A DNA stretch of 63,991 bases, counting the filler, from Dirinaria sp. TL-2023a (lineage: Eukaryota), in assembly GCA_051941275.1 (NCBI GenBank). It is 3 parts of 3 records of this genome, joined end to end, with 100 filler letters (N's around TTAATTAATTAA, not from the genome) between each part and the next. Parts side by side here need not be neighbours in the genome. Positions count along the whole stretch, not along the records: positions 44,189 to 63,991 come from JAVEBF010000312.1; 2 more parts are not named here. The stretch is one strand, 5' to 3'. The notes below the pieces were generated by a model, which ran no database searches, was not told the origin of the DNA, and saw nothing but the letters and a program-made list of their open reading frames with translations. Every line of letters starts with the position of its first letter. Position 1 is the stretch's first letter. Made by a program: the position numbers and the translations under genes. Positions 53,440-63,991 of the stretch are shown piece after piece.

Positions 53440-54571
53440 CCGAACACAGCACGCTAGAGAGCTGAGACCATATTGTGAAAAAGCTTCCAAGGAACAAATA
53501 TGTTAACTTAGGCTAAGTAGGACGCTTAGCGAGATGGCTACGGAGATTTCAATAATATCTACAGCAACCATCGGATTTGTTGCTCAACTTCGGTCAGCGC
53601 TACTAGCTTTTAGGGTAGCACCAGTACTGCTGGCTTCTTCAGCCAAGCTTGGTGTTATGGCTATATCTCCTTTGAACGTCGTACCACTTTCTACCTCGCC
53701 AATTGCTCTTTCCGCCGTCTTTCGTCGTTGCCGCCAAGGGACCCATAAGCACTTACTACCGGTGCAGCGATCTCTGGCGTCTTCCAACCCTGGTCTGCCA
53801 CCGCTGCACTAATGGTTTTCGTTGCTACCGGTCGTCATAATTGTCCTTTTTTGAAAGGACAATTGGCCAAAGTCACTAAATTCGGGCGCCGGTTCAACAT
53901 AAAGATGGTGCTACCAAATTGTCAAATCGTCAGTATCAAAATTGTCAGAAAAAGGATGACTTTACAATGCTCGTCCTGAAACATCGAGATGTGAGATAGA
54001 CACTGATAGATCGAACCGAGTCGATATAATCAGACAGAATCTATGTCTAGTCGAATGATCGGATTCCTTGAAGAGGTCTGTCTCTACCTCTAACTCGCCT
54101 CTGCTACCTACCATATGTAGCATACATATTCTAGGAACGGACCCGCTTGATCGACTGAATGGAAGCGAAGGAAAATGAATGGAGAACACAACATTATATT
54201 ACCAAGCCATGTTGTGAAAGCGCCGACACAAAATGATGAGACGAACGCAGTGTACATGTGACCAGAACTTGAATAGAGTACTATTACCGTCACAGCATCA
54301 AATCAATTTCACAAGCTGAACACTTAAGGAAGGAACATGCAAAAGAATTATGGATCCTTAAGGGAGGCAGATACTTCACAGGGTCTTGATTCGTTTTATT
54401 GTTGGTCAAGTCTCAAGTAATCAATTCCCTCCGTATGAAAGCTCTTGCCTATGCATGTATAATTCTGCATATCCCAGCACTTGGACATTGTGTTCTAAAC
54501 AAGAATTGCAGAACCGACAATATTTCCCAAACCCACGACAGCCAAAAGAGAAAAGAGCACAGGAGACCAAG

Positions 54572-54892
54572 ATGCACACCGTCCTATTCCCCCTCTTAGC
54601 GCTGAGCGCTTCCATTTCCGCTTTACCCCAACCATCTCCCACGACGAGCATCCAGACCCAGGTCAATTCCACGACATCCAGCACAGATCAAGACAAACAC
54701 TCAAGCTCTCCAGCCGCGCAAAATGAGAAAATTGTAGTTCCGGTCATCCCTGTCATCGCTGGAGCCCCTGCCAGTACCAGCAAACCCAACAATAACAGAC
54801 GCATAGAAATAAAAATCACTAACTTCAGTTCAAGTGGCAAGGAGAAGGTTATCAAATACATTGGGGAGATTCATGCGGCCCCAAAGACCTAG
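54572..54892 (+). CDS. Small secreted protein A (106 aa, no Cys; divergent member of the array)
   Basis: Signal peptide MHTVLFPLLALSASISALP resembles the neighbours' LALSASA(F/V); S/T-rich pro-region with NSTT; RR precedes a 29-aa C-terminal peptide. Confidence 0.65.
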   Translation: MHTVLFPLLALSASISALPQPSPTTSIQTQVNSTTSSTDQDKHSSSPAAQNEKIVVPVIPVIAGAPASTSKPNNNRRIEIKITNFSSSGKEKVIKYIGEIHAAPKT

Positions 54893-55541
54893 TGGCTTTG
54901 TCTACAGATCCTCAACTCAGGAGGAAACGGTATCTAAAGGCCTAGGACGGAGGATATCTTTGTCTTGATTTGATGGTCGTGGCAACTCCAGTGGCTGTTT
55001 TATGGCAGCATGGTAACGACAGCGAGCCTGTGCCCCCAATTGAGTAGCATGGGCATCACTTGGAGACAGTATAGAATGTCCAAGTATCTCAGGAATATCT
55101 CCAGCCTGATAAATCGAACGGAACTTGTCACATATGCATAAGGTGGTCGTCTTTGGGCTACTTAAGCCTGGTTTAGAAAAGATGCCTGGTCTCTTATCAT
55201 ACTAAGCTTCTAGCATGAGTCTAGTTTTCTTTTGAAAGGTATCCATCGAGCCATATGATGTTTCCAGCATGGAAGACCCTTCATCAGATGAACGACACAA
55301 TATGAATAAGGGTAGTGATGATTGAAGAGAACGTGGTGTTCACATTCTTCATTCCTTTGACTTCCTCTTGTTTGTCAATTCCTTAGCATTCTACGAAGGA
55401 AGCTCTACCGTTGGGATACATTACCTGCATGCTCAATTTTGCTCTCAAATCTTTCATGATACACCTGGCATCCTTCCCTGCAGGAATTCACAAAGTACCG
55501 CTTTAATCCATCTTCAGCAAGGAATTCCAAAAATAATAAAG

Positions 55542-56027
55542 ATGCATCCCGTCTTGCTCCTCCCTTGACTGATCTTAAGCGCTTTCGCCTTCGCCGTACC
55601 CACTTTTCCGGCCTCTTCTGTGCCTACAGAAGTCCTCGCGATCACTACGAGCCCCCATCAGAACAACTTCACCAGCTCCAACACTACCATCAGCCAGCAC
55701 CAGATCAACTCCAGCACCTTCAGCATCGACTTCGACAAACGCGGTCGTCACTACGCAGCGCCCTACTTTCGGATTTGGAGGCATAGCACAGTATGTTTCG
55801 GCCGTTCGGACGGCGTAATCATGATGGCATACAAGAAATACTGCCAACCCATAAACTTGGCTTCCAATTTCTCCGTCAACTGGGAGCACACACTGTCGCA
55901 AAACGACAGCGTGAATATCTATCAATTTCCGACGTGCGACAGGCACAAAATGTACTGGATTGAGCACGGATCTAGAAAGTGCTGGCCCGGGGGCCAGATA
56001 GCGGCCGTGGAGTATATCCTCCCTTGA
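55542..56027 (+). pseudogene. Small secreted Kex2-processed Cys protein B, with a premature stop in the signal peptide
   Basis: ATG at 55542 is in frame with the downstream ORF, but codon 9 is TGA (55566-55568) where paralog C has TGC. The rest is intact (DFDKR, 4 Cys, QIAAVEYILP). Confidence 0.8.
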
Positions 56028-56435
56028 GAGACGGCGGTTCGTTATGGCTCCGGGAGAGAAGGTTTTTAATTATTGACCTGTCGTATGTGGCATGCTCTGA
56101 ATCACGCCGATTTACTATGAGCGGAGGAGGGACGATGCTTCTGATCTGAGTTGATTGTATTTTATCTATCATACGTTAGCACGCTTTTGAATAATACCTC
56201 AGAGGCGGATCGGGCTCGATCGATAGGGACAGACATTCACCACGTACTTCCAGCCAGAACACTAGATTCTTCGGCGTTCATGAAATGTTCACATCCGGCA
56301 TTCCTTTTTGCTTCCCAAGATACATACCCTTCACTTGCCCTCAACTCTTTTCACGATGCACTTTGCATATTTCTTCCATCCACAACGTACCGCTTTTGAT
56401 CCTTCTTCAACAAGGAAATTCCAAAGATTACGAAA

Positions 56436-56882
56436 ATGCGCTCCGTCTTGCTCTTCCCTTGCCTGATACTAAGCGCTTTCGCTTTCGCCGTACCCAGCTT
56501 CCCTACCTCCTCGCCTACAGAAGCCTTCTCAATCACTACGAGCCCCCATCAAAACAACTTCACCAGCTCCAACGCCACCATCGACTACGACAAGCGCCGT
56601 TCTGGACCCGATGTGCCCTGGCTTTATGTCTGGAGGCACAACCCCACCTGCAGCGGCCGTCCTACCGGCGCCTATAAATTGACGCACAAGCAGGTATGCA
56701 CCAAAATCGGCAATCCTCAGAGTTTCGCCATGAAGTGGGTGGACTCCAAGTGGAGATTGCAGGACGGCGTGAATGTCTTAGAAAACCCGCAGTGCGAGGG
56801 CAAATGGGTGGCGTTCCAGCACGGAGATATTAGTTGCCGTCCCGGCAACCAGGTGGCGGCGGTGATGTATATCTATCCTTGA
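56436..56882 (+). CDS. Small secreted Kex2-processed Cys protein C (148 aa)
   Basis: Signal peptide MRSVLLFPCLILSAFAFA; glycosylated pro-region; DYDKR; 4-Cys mature domain; clear paralog of B. Confidence 0.85.
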   Translation: MRSVLLFPCLILSAFAFAVPSFPTSSPTEAFSITTSPHQNNFTSSNATIDYDKRRSGPDVPWLYVWRHNPTCSGRPTGAYKLTHKQVCTKIGNPQSFAMKWVDSKWRLQDGVNVLENPQCEGKWVAFQHGDISCRPGNQVAAVMYIYP

Positions 56883-58290
56883 GAAGGGAATACGGCTGGT
56901 GTTGTTTCTTGTGGATGGAGGGATGGTTTTCTCGGACAACAACACCCCTAAACGGAGCGGGATCCTTCCCAGGCGTGCGAGTTCCTCGTCTGCAGCACAC
57001 AAAATCAGTCCTTGACACCTTACGACAGCCCTGCCATCATCCTACCTTACCTTACAGCACCAGCAGGGGCGCAGTATCTCCTTCACGTATTTCGCAGAAT
57101 TGTCTGCAATTTATCGATCATATGCAGCATGCTTGAAAGACTTCAGGACGGATATCGGCTCGGTCGATGGAAAACTGAGAATTGATAATGCACCTTTATC
57201 CAGAACGTTGTTTTTCTTCGGTGGCTCTGGAGGGATGCTCTGATTTGATGCGGATTGTCCTTATTTATCATATCTAGCGTGCTTTGAATAATTCATGGAT
57301 TGAACGAATAGAAATTGTCATAGACTTTATCCAGAAGATTTTTTTTTTTGGTGTGTGGACCTCATGGCTCTACTTTACTACAAACCTAATCAGTGTCAAA
57401 TCTATAGTACAGATATACTTACGTCTCCCTTTGATGAGAAGTATTCTGACCAAAGCCCAAGGCCTACTTAATAGCGTACTCTCATGAAGTTGTACACGTT
57501 CTTGGGCTAAAGCATTCTCGGAGGAACCTCGGGAACGCTAGCGACAGATGTTCACCTTAGATACCAAAGCTCGCTAAGGAACCTCTTCATTCTATATCTT
57601 GCCCATCCAATGCCCTTCGCGACTAGTATTTCTTATTTCGACTGGCTATACTTGGGCCCCGCTAGCGCCGCGCGCAAATTAGTATCGATGTCACGAGCAT
57701 CGGTGGTGCTACAGACATCTAATGCTGCTTCAAGCGCCAGAGGTCGATATGTATACGTGCCATCCAGACACTTACCCCCAATCAAGCTAGGCACACATTT
57801 GCGGAAGCATAGCGTGGGAAGATCCCATCATGGCTATTTGATTGGGTGCTTTTTTGTACGAGTCTGTGGATGGGCTTGGTATACTGTGGGAGATGCTCAA
57901 TGGATCCACCCCATTCCAAGCCAGGCCGATTAATCGAACACAAGAATGATAGCCAAAAATGAATCAAAATGCACAGAAACCAGATCCTGCTTGATAGAGC
58001 TCTAACATGAATTGAGCACGGAATAATCTTCACAATGAAGAGCTTCATTAAGGGTAAGAAACCAACTCATCACGAAACATCTTTCCTCACATTTTGAAAT
58101 TCCTCTTTTGTCAATCTTGTCTCGAATTCCCAAGGCTCCGCATGGGAAGTTCTACATCTGGTATATAACCCACGACCTCCCAGACTCAAGTAAAATGTTC
58201 TCACGAATAACCTCGATTTTAATGATATCTCGCCTCTTACTTTCACACACAAGAACTCTTTCAAATCAACACATATCTTCAGACATCAAG

Positions 58291-58776
58291 ATGCAGGTCA
58301 TCGTTCTTCTTCAATTCCTCGCACTGAGCGCTTCCGCGGTATCAGCGCTTTCTTCCTCGCTTGCCGAAGCCCCCTCGATCACAACGACTATTCAGAACAA
58401 CTCTACAACAATCAACCCCAACTACAGCAAGCGTACCGACACAGTCCCTGATGATAGTGAGAGCCAGTATTCGGGACCGACCTCCGAACCCCCCACAATG
58501 AAGAATTACGACAGCGCAACGTGTTCCGCCAAACCTGGTCCTTCGACTCTTGTAACCTCCGAGTGCACCAAATTCCATCCAACCATGTCGCATTTCATTA
58601 TCGAGGGAGCGGGTGATTGCCCAGGATCCATGAGTTTTTTTTCAGACCCCAGCTGTAAGACCCGCGCGTTCGCATCAACCAACATGAACTTGGGGTACTC
58701 ATGTTTCGAGACTCAGAAAAACCCGGTCAAGGCTGTGAAGTGGGAATCAGGCTGTGACCGGGGTAGCAGGCTTTAA
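58291..58776 (+). CDS. Small secreted Kex2-processed Cys protein D (161 aa)
   Basis: MQVIVLLQFLALSASA...PNYSKR|T; mature domain with 6 Cys; TATATAA at 58162. Confidence 0.85.
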   Translation: MQVIVLLQFLALSASAVSALSSSLAEAPSITTTIQNNSTTINPNYSKRTDTVPDDSESQYSGPTSEPPTMKNYDSATCSAKPGPSTLVTSECTKFHPTMSHFIIEGAGDCPGSMSFFSDPSCKTRAFASTNMNLGYSCFETQKNPVKAVKWESGCDRGSRL

Positions 58777-59751
58777 ATGTGATGAGGCAGAGTTGGTCTC
58801 TTTAAAGAGTCTGAGAATTTCATGAAAAGAAAATTTTTAACATTTTACTCCTGTTCTTCATTACTTTCCCCTTTTTTCGAGATCCTGTACGAGAATTCTA
58901 GAATTTTCGTGCGTTAGAGAAGTCTGAGCATTTGAATCAAAGAGAGTCTTTTTCTTCTATCACTTTCATTGCTTCACTTTTTTCTTCCCTGTTGAATATT
59001 ACTGTATAATATGATTATGTAGATATCAGGTACTTCTCACTGTTTCCCGCTCCTTTCACTTCGTTCAAATCAATGATATTTCCAAACTCTCCTATTCCAT
59101 CCTATATCTATCCTCTGTCACTTCCCACCATAACCAGACAGAGGAAATAGCACCAACCTTTCCTTCTTTCCCCCATGCTTCAATGACAGTCTCGCTAACA
59201 ATCCTCCAACTTTCCACCTGTGCCGTTTCCTCTTTCCTCGCAAGCATCATTGATAACTATTCCTATCACTCATCCTCAACTCTTCTCTTTTCTTCCACTA
59301 ACCCCCTACTAATATCGATATATCAACTCAAAAGGCACAAAAAGAACGAAAGACAAATTATTCGGTCCAGGGGGAAAAACCCCCAAAAAAGTTCTCCCTC
59401 TCACGCTTTAGAGTTCAAGCCAGGGAGTAGAGTGAGGATAGATTGTATTGATTTGATTCCAAAATGTCAGGGAATGGATATCCGATTCTGATTCCTGCCC
59501 TGGAATCAGGAGCCGATTCCCGTAATAAAGTGGACCAATTCCGAGATCGATCCCTGATTTCTAAGATAGTGTTAGAAAGTGTGCTGATAAGCAGGTAGTA
59601 TGACAGGAAATATGAATATTTGACACACTAAAAAAATGAACTCTCAATTGGACACAGTAAGCATTCATGTTTCTCTAGATAGCAACAGGAATCAGAAATC
59701 CGGGTTCCATGTTTTCATTCACTACGAAGCCAAGACTTGATTCCAAAGTCT

Positions 59752-59890
59752 AGGAATCAGAAATCAATTTCGGAATCGATTTCTGATTTCTTGTCACTAC
59801 AGAGCACTATCAAATCTCAAATTCTCAAGCACTCCTCGTGTGAAGCTCTAAGATCTGAGTATATAACCCACGCTCTTCTGACTTCGAACA
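59752..59890 (+). promoter_or_regulatory. Conserved promoter block of the secreted-protein array (copies also at about 61248-61395 and 62934-63060; core at 58150-58190)
   Basis: AGGAATCAGAAA...TCACT(AC/GTCAC)AGAGCA(C/G)TATC..TCTCAAATTCTCAAG...TGAGTA(T/C)ATAAC.CA.GCTCTTCTG; TATA lies 117-129 bp upstream of each ATG. Confidence 0.7.
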
Positions 59891-59980
59891 AAATCTTTGA
59901 AGAAACCAGGGTAAATCTAATAAGACTCTGTCCACACAAAAATTCTTTAAACCCAAAAACAACACCTCAAACAATCAAAG

Positions 59981-60466
59981 ATGCAGGCCATCATCCTTCT
60001 TCTTCAACTTCTCGCTCTGGGCTCTTCCGCATTCCCTGCACTAAAATCCTCCTCATCTGCCGAAGCTCCCTGCACAACTATGTCCAACCAAAGCAACTCC
60101 ACCACGACCACCCCCAACTACAGCAAGCGCACTGATCCATACATTAATCCAGACCCTATGACATCTCCCATGGGAATCAACCGCCCAGCACCCCCCAAGA
60201 TGAAGAGTTACGACAACGCAAACTGTCACGGCAAGCCTGTTGGCCCTGAAATTCGTGTAGACGGGTGCACGAAATTCAATCCAACTCTGCCGCATTTCGG
60301 TATGGACTGGGTAGAGGGTGACTGCTCAGGGACCTTGAATCTTTTTGCAAAACCCGACTGCTCGGATGGCGCGTTCGCGTCACTCGACCTAGTTGACAAC
60401 GCCTTCAAATGTTTTGACAGTGAGACAAGCCCGGTCACAGCTCTGAACTATTCACCAAACTGTTAA
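59981..60466 (+). CDS. Small secreted Kex2-processed Cys protein E (161 aa)
   Basis: MQAIILLLQLLALGSSAFP...PNYSKR|T; 6 mature Cys; TATATAA at 59860. Confidence 0.88.
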   Translation: MQAIILLLQLLALGSSAFPALKSSSSAEAPCTTMSNQSNSTTTTPNYSKRTDPYINPDPMTSPMGINRPAPPKMKSYDNANCHGKPVGPEIRVDGCTKFNPTLPHFGMDWVEGDCSGTLNLFAKPDCSDGAFASLDLVDNAFKCFDSETSPVTALNYSPNC

Positions 60467-61488
60467 TGCGATGAGGCAGAGCTCGTTTCGTTAAGAATCC
60501 GAGAATTTGAGGAAAATGAAGTCTTGAGTTTTTCACCCCTATGTCTTGATTTCCTTTTCAGGTTTAAAGGGATGATTGTTGGTTGGAAAGACGTGCGTGT
60601 TTGAACTAAAGAGAGTCCTTTTGCTTCTGCCACTTGTGTTGCTTCTATAGCCTTCTCTTTCAGAAATCAAGGTATGATATGAGTGTGTAGATAGGACCAA
60701 AGTTTTACTGTTTCTCCACTCCTTTCATTTTAATCAACTCATCGTATCCGGATTCCCTCCTCTTTTCTTCTGTAGTAGCCTCTACACTTTTCTCAAAGCA
60801 GAGACAATAAATACCACCCTTTCCTCATTTCTCTCCTTCTTCGAGCGTAGTATCTACCCAGAAAGATCCTTCAATTTCCCCTGACAGGCAGTATCTATGG
60901 TAGGCAGTATGGCAAACATGAAAAAGAACTTCAATAAGACATAGTTTGTATTCACGACTCTAAAAAGTTGGGAGACCACTGAACGCGATGATGATTTAGA
61001 AGTCCCCAGGATAACGTGTATACCTTGACCGTCGTCTAATGAAATATTTGACCACAGCCCCTTACCATTACCAACTGGGCAAGGTGACTGAAGCACAATT
61101 CTCAACATAAAACACAGAAATCGATTTCGGGCCTCGATTCCAAAATTCTAGTAATCATGAATCGACTTCTGAAATCAAGTAAAACCAATCTCGGAATCGA
61201 GTTCACGGTTTCAGTCACCACAGCGTCAGAACTTGGTTTCAAAATCTAGGAATCAGAAAGTCGATTTCTGACAATTCTAGAAACCGGTTCCAGATTCCTT
61301 GTCACTACAGAGCACTATCTGGTCTCAAATTCTCAAGAACTTCTCACGTGAAGCTCTAGGATATGAGTATATAACCCACGCTCTTCTGTCTTCAAATAAA
61401 ATATTCAAAGAAACAATCGTTAACTTAATAATCTTCTATTTCTTACTTTCGCACAGGAACTCCTCAAACTCAAATCGTATCTCACAAG

Positions 61489-61980
61489 ATGCAGGTCGTC
61501 TGTCTGCTTCAACTTCTCGCGCTAAGCGCTTCCGCATTTCCTGCACTACAATCCTCCTCATCTGCCGAAGCTCCCTGCACGACTACGACCAACCAGAGCA
61601 ACTCCACCACAACCAACTCCACCACGACCAGCCCTAATTACAGCAAGCGCACCGGCTCTGGAAATGCAGGTCCCAGTATGCAGAGTTTCGACACCGCATG
61701 TACGGGTAAGGCTATTGGTCCTAATATCCCCCTTATCAATGGTCGTTGCACAAATTTCAATCCTACGCTATCGCATTTCAATATCGACGTCGCGGGACTG
61801 GGTCTCGGCGCAGGGGTGCTGGCGCTTTATGAAGACCCTCACTGTGAAAATTGTACAACATCAGTCGATCTTGAGCTACAGGCCAGTCAGGGAAAGGCCC
61901 AATGTTTTGACTCTAGGATAACCTCGATCATGTCTGTGCAGTGGAATGCATCAGAGGTGTCAGTTTCTAGACGGATCTGA
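61489..61980 (+). CDS. Small secreted Kex2-processed Cys protein F (163 aa)
   Basis: MQVVCLLQLLALSASAFP...PNYSKR|T; CTNFNPTLSHF and CFDS motifs; TATATAA at 61368. Confidence 0.88.
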   Translation: MQVVCLLQLLALSASAFPALQSSSSAEAPCTTTTNQSNSTTTNSTTTSPNYSKRTGSGNAGPSMQSFDTACTGKAIGPNIPLINGRCTNFNPTLSHFNIDVAGLGLGAGVLALYEDPHCENCTTSVDLELQASQGKAQCFDSRITSIMSVQWNASEVSVSRRI

Positions 61981-62222
61981 CGAGGTAGAGTTCATTTGGC
62001 TGACGGATCTGGGAGTGGCCAAAAGAAGAGAATTTTTGATGTATCACATTTGTGTCTTGAGTTTCTTTTCACATTTTTAGATAGTGTACGAGAGTGAGCG
62101 AATATTCGAACCTTAAAAAGAATCTGGGAGGTTACACAAAATGAGTGATCTTTTATGATAAGAGCTTGTCAATATCAGCAAATTTTCATCATTTCTCCCC
62201 TCCTTTCATTTCAATCAACTCC

Positions 62223-62451
62223 TGTTGGAAATAGCATTCAATAGCACTGACTATTAAATGTCTATCTCGAGGCAAAACCAGGTGCCTATATAGGCATTAG
62301 GTGTTTGCCTACCTGATTGCCATTAAGGCAAAGATAATGAAAGAAATCAAAGAAATCTATCCATGGTAGGTAAATACCATGTGCCATCGGCCAAACCCCG
62401 GTCCTCCTGGGTAATCTTCGGTTCACCCTATGGTAAGGCTGATTTCCAACA
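62223..62451. mobile_element. 229-bp solo-LTR-like (or MITE-like) insertion
   Basis: Starts TGTTGGAAAT and ends ATTTCCAACA (perfect 10-bp inverted repeat, TG...CA termini). It interrupts a 3' flank that is uninterrupted in paralog G (CAATCAACTC...ATGTCTCAAACCTT, 63856-63882). No clean target-site duplication is visible. Confidence 0.7.
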
Positions 62452-63149
62452 ATGTCTCAAACCTTCTTCAATTTTCCATCCTTGTCTCTGATTCTATTCT
62501 TCGCACACTTCATTGGCAACTATTTCCATCACTGATCCTCTTCCCTCCAAACCCTCTTTCAAAATCGCAGCATACTCAATGTCAAAGTACGTAATGAAAA
62601 TAAAAACAAAGCATCCTTTTCTTGAAAGGAAGTCACTAGGGTATAGAGCGAGGATGGAAGAGTTATCATATCAAATTTGAAAATTGTAACAGTCTCTCTG
62701 TAATGAAAATCATACGATCGATTTCAAGTTGTCAGAAAAAAGAAGCTTCGTTTTCGTTTCCGATTCTTGACATGAAGTGGAATAAGCAGTCGATTTCTAG
62801 AATGAAGTGATCAAATTTCGAAATCGACTTTTTGGGAGGTCAGTATGAATTCATGTCTCAACAACAGGAATCCGGAATCGATTTCAGCATAATCCCAAAT
62901 CACTCCAAACTCAAAACCCATTCTCCAAAACCAAGGAATCAGAAATCAATCCCTGATTCCTCATCACTGTCACAGAGCAGTATCAAATCTCAAATTCTCA
63001 AGAACTTCTCATATGATTGTCTAATATCTGAGTACATAACTCAGGCTCTTCTGACTTCCAAATCTTTGAAAAACAAGCGTAAATCTAGTAAAACCCTATT
63101 TACACAAAAACCTTTCAAACCCAAAAACCACATCTCAAAAAAATCAAGG

Positions 63150-63635
63150 ATGCAGGTCATCTTTCTTCTTCTTCAACTCCTCGCGCTGAGCGATTCCACA
63201 TTCCCTACCCTACTCCCCTCACCCGGACCTATCGAAGCTCTCTCCATAACTACGACCAGCCATAGCAACTCCACCGCGACCACCCCTAACTACAGCAAGC
63301 GCACCGGCGGTGGAGGTCCACTCCCCAGATTGCAGAATTTCGACAACGACCTATGCCAAGGCCATGATACTGGCTTTAATGTCCCCGTTACCGACCAATG
63401 CACTGCATTCCATCCAACATCGTCGCATTTCAATGTCAACGTGGGGGGAATAAGGTGGGCTAACGCAGGGTACTTGCAGTTTTATACGGACCCCAACTGC
63501 AAAAAAAAGTTAAAAAATCCTCATTTTGGGCAATACAGCCTTGCGGACCAAATCGAACTCGGATACGTTATGTGTTTTGACAGCAAGACATACAACTCGG
63601 TCTCGGCTATGAAGTGGTTTCAAGAACCGTCGTGA
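63150..63635 (+). CDS. Small secreted Kex2-processed Cys protein G (161 aa)
   Basis: MQVIFLLLQLLALS...PNYSKR|T; CTAFHPTSSHF, DPNC and CFDS motifs; TACATAA variant at 63033. Confidence 0.85.
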   Translation: MQVIFLLLQLLALSDSTFPTLLPSPGPIEALSITTTSHSNSTATTPNYSKRTGGGGPLPRLQNFDNDLCQGHDTGFNVPVTDQCTAFHPTSSHFNVNVGGIRWANAGYLQFYTDPNCKKKLKNPHFGQYSLADQIELGYVMCFDSKTYNSVSAMKWFQEPS

Positions 63636-63991
63636 CGTGATTGTTGAATCTGATTAGGTAGAGCTCGGTCAGTTGACGGATTTGAGGGTCATGGAAAGAG
63701 AATTTTTGATGTATCACATCTGTGTCTTGATTTCTTTTCCTTTCTTTGTTTCTGTCACTTCTGTTGCTGTCATACTTTTCTCTTTCAGATTATTTTGTAC
63801 GATAAAACATCTCGATATCAGCAACTTTTCATCATTTCTCCAATTATTTCATTTCAATCAACTCAGTCATGTCTCAAACCTTCATTCGACGACAGTAACC
63901 CTTGACTTTCTTCAATTCTTCACCCGTGTCTTTAACTCTTTTCTTCGCACGCTTCATTAAAAACAACTTTCATCACCCGCTCTCTCCCCCC

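Noticed and set aside
58108..58290. N-terminal extensions of the ORF-track calls for secreted genes (also 54386, 62832) and 50368
   Set aside because: They begin at non-ATG codons. Paralog alignment, TATA position and signal peptides place the starts at the downstream ATGs.

Overview
Eukaryotic DNA from a filamentous ascomycete (Pezizomycotina-type genes with short GT-AG introns). The window joins three contigs (1-22003, 22104-44088, 44189-63991) through two identical 100-bp artificial spacers (N44-TTAATTAATTAA-N44), so gene order across the spacers carries no information. Contig 1 holds accessory genes: an iron-containing alcohol dehydrogenase/maleylacetate reductase, a secreted Ser/Thr-rich PAN/apple-domain protein, a histidine-phosphatase (PGM family) protein, a kelch-type membrane protein, a HeLo-like/NACHT/ankyrin NLR and a pseudogenised lectin-like membrane protein. 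Contig 2 has about 8 kb of ORF-poor sequence followed by GLE1, SSD1, a conserved hypothetical gene and ERV29. Contig 3 opens with nested tandem repeats, including a 75-76-bp unit whose stems show compensatory changes. It then carries a 60-aa Cys-rich CaaX peptide gene, a membrane protein, MED7 and DPP1, and ends in a tandem array of seven intronless small secreted protein genes. Six of these have a signal peptide, a pro-domain, a Kex2 KR site and a Cys-patterned mature domain; four share promoter sequence, one is pseudogenised, and a solo-LTR-like element is inserted in the array. All family assignments come from motif recognition by eye; no database searches were run.
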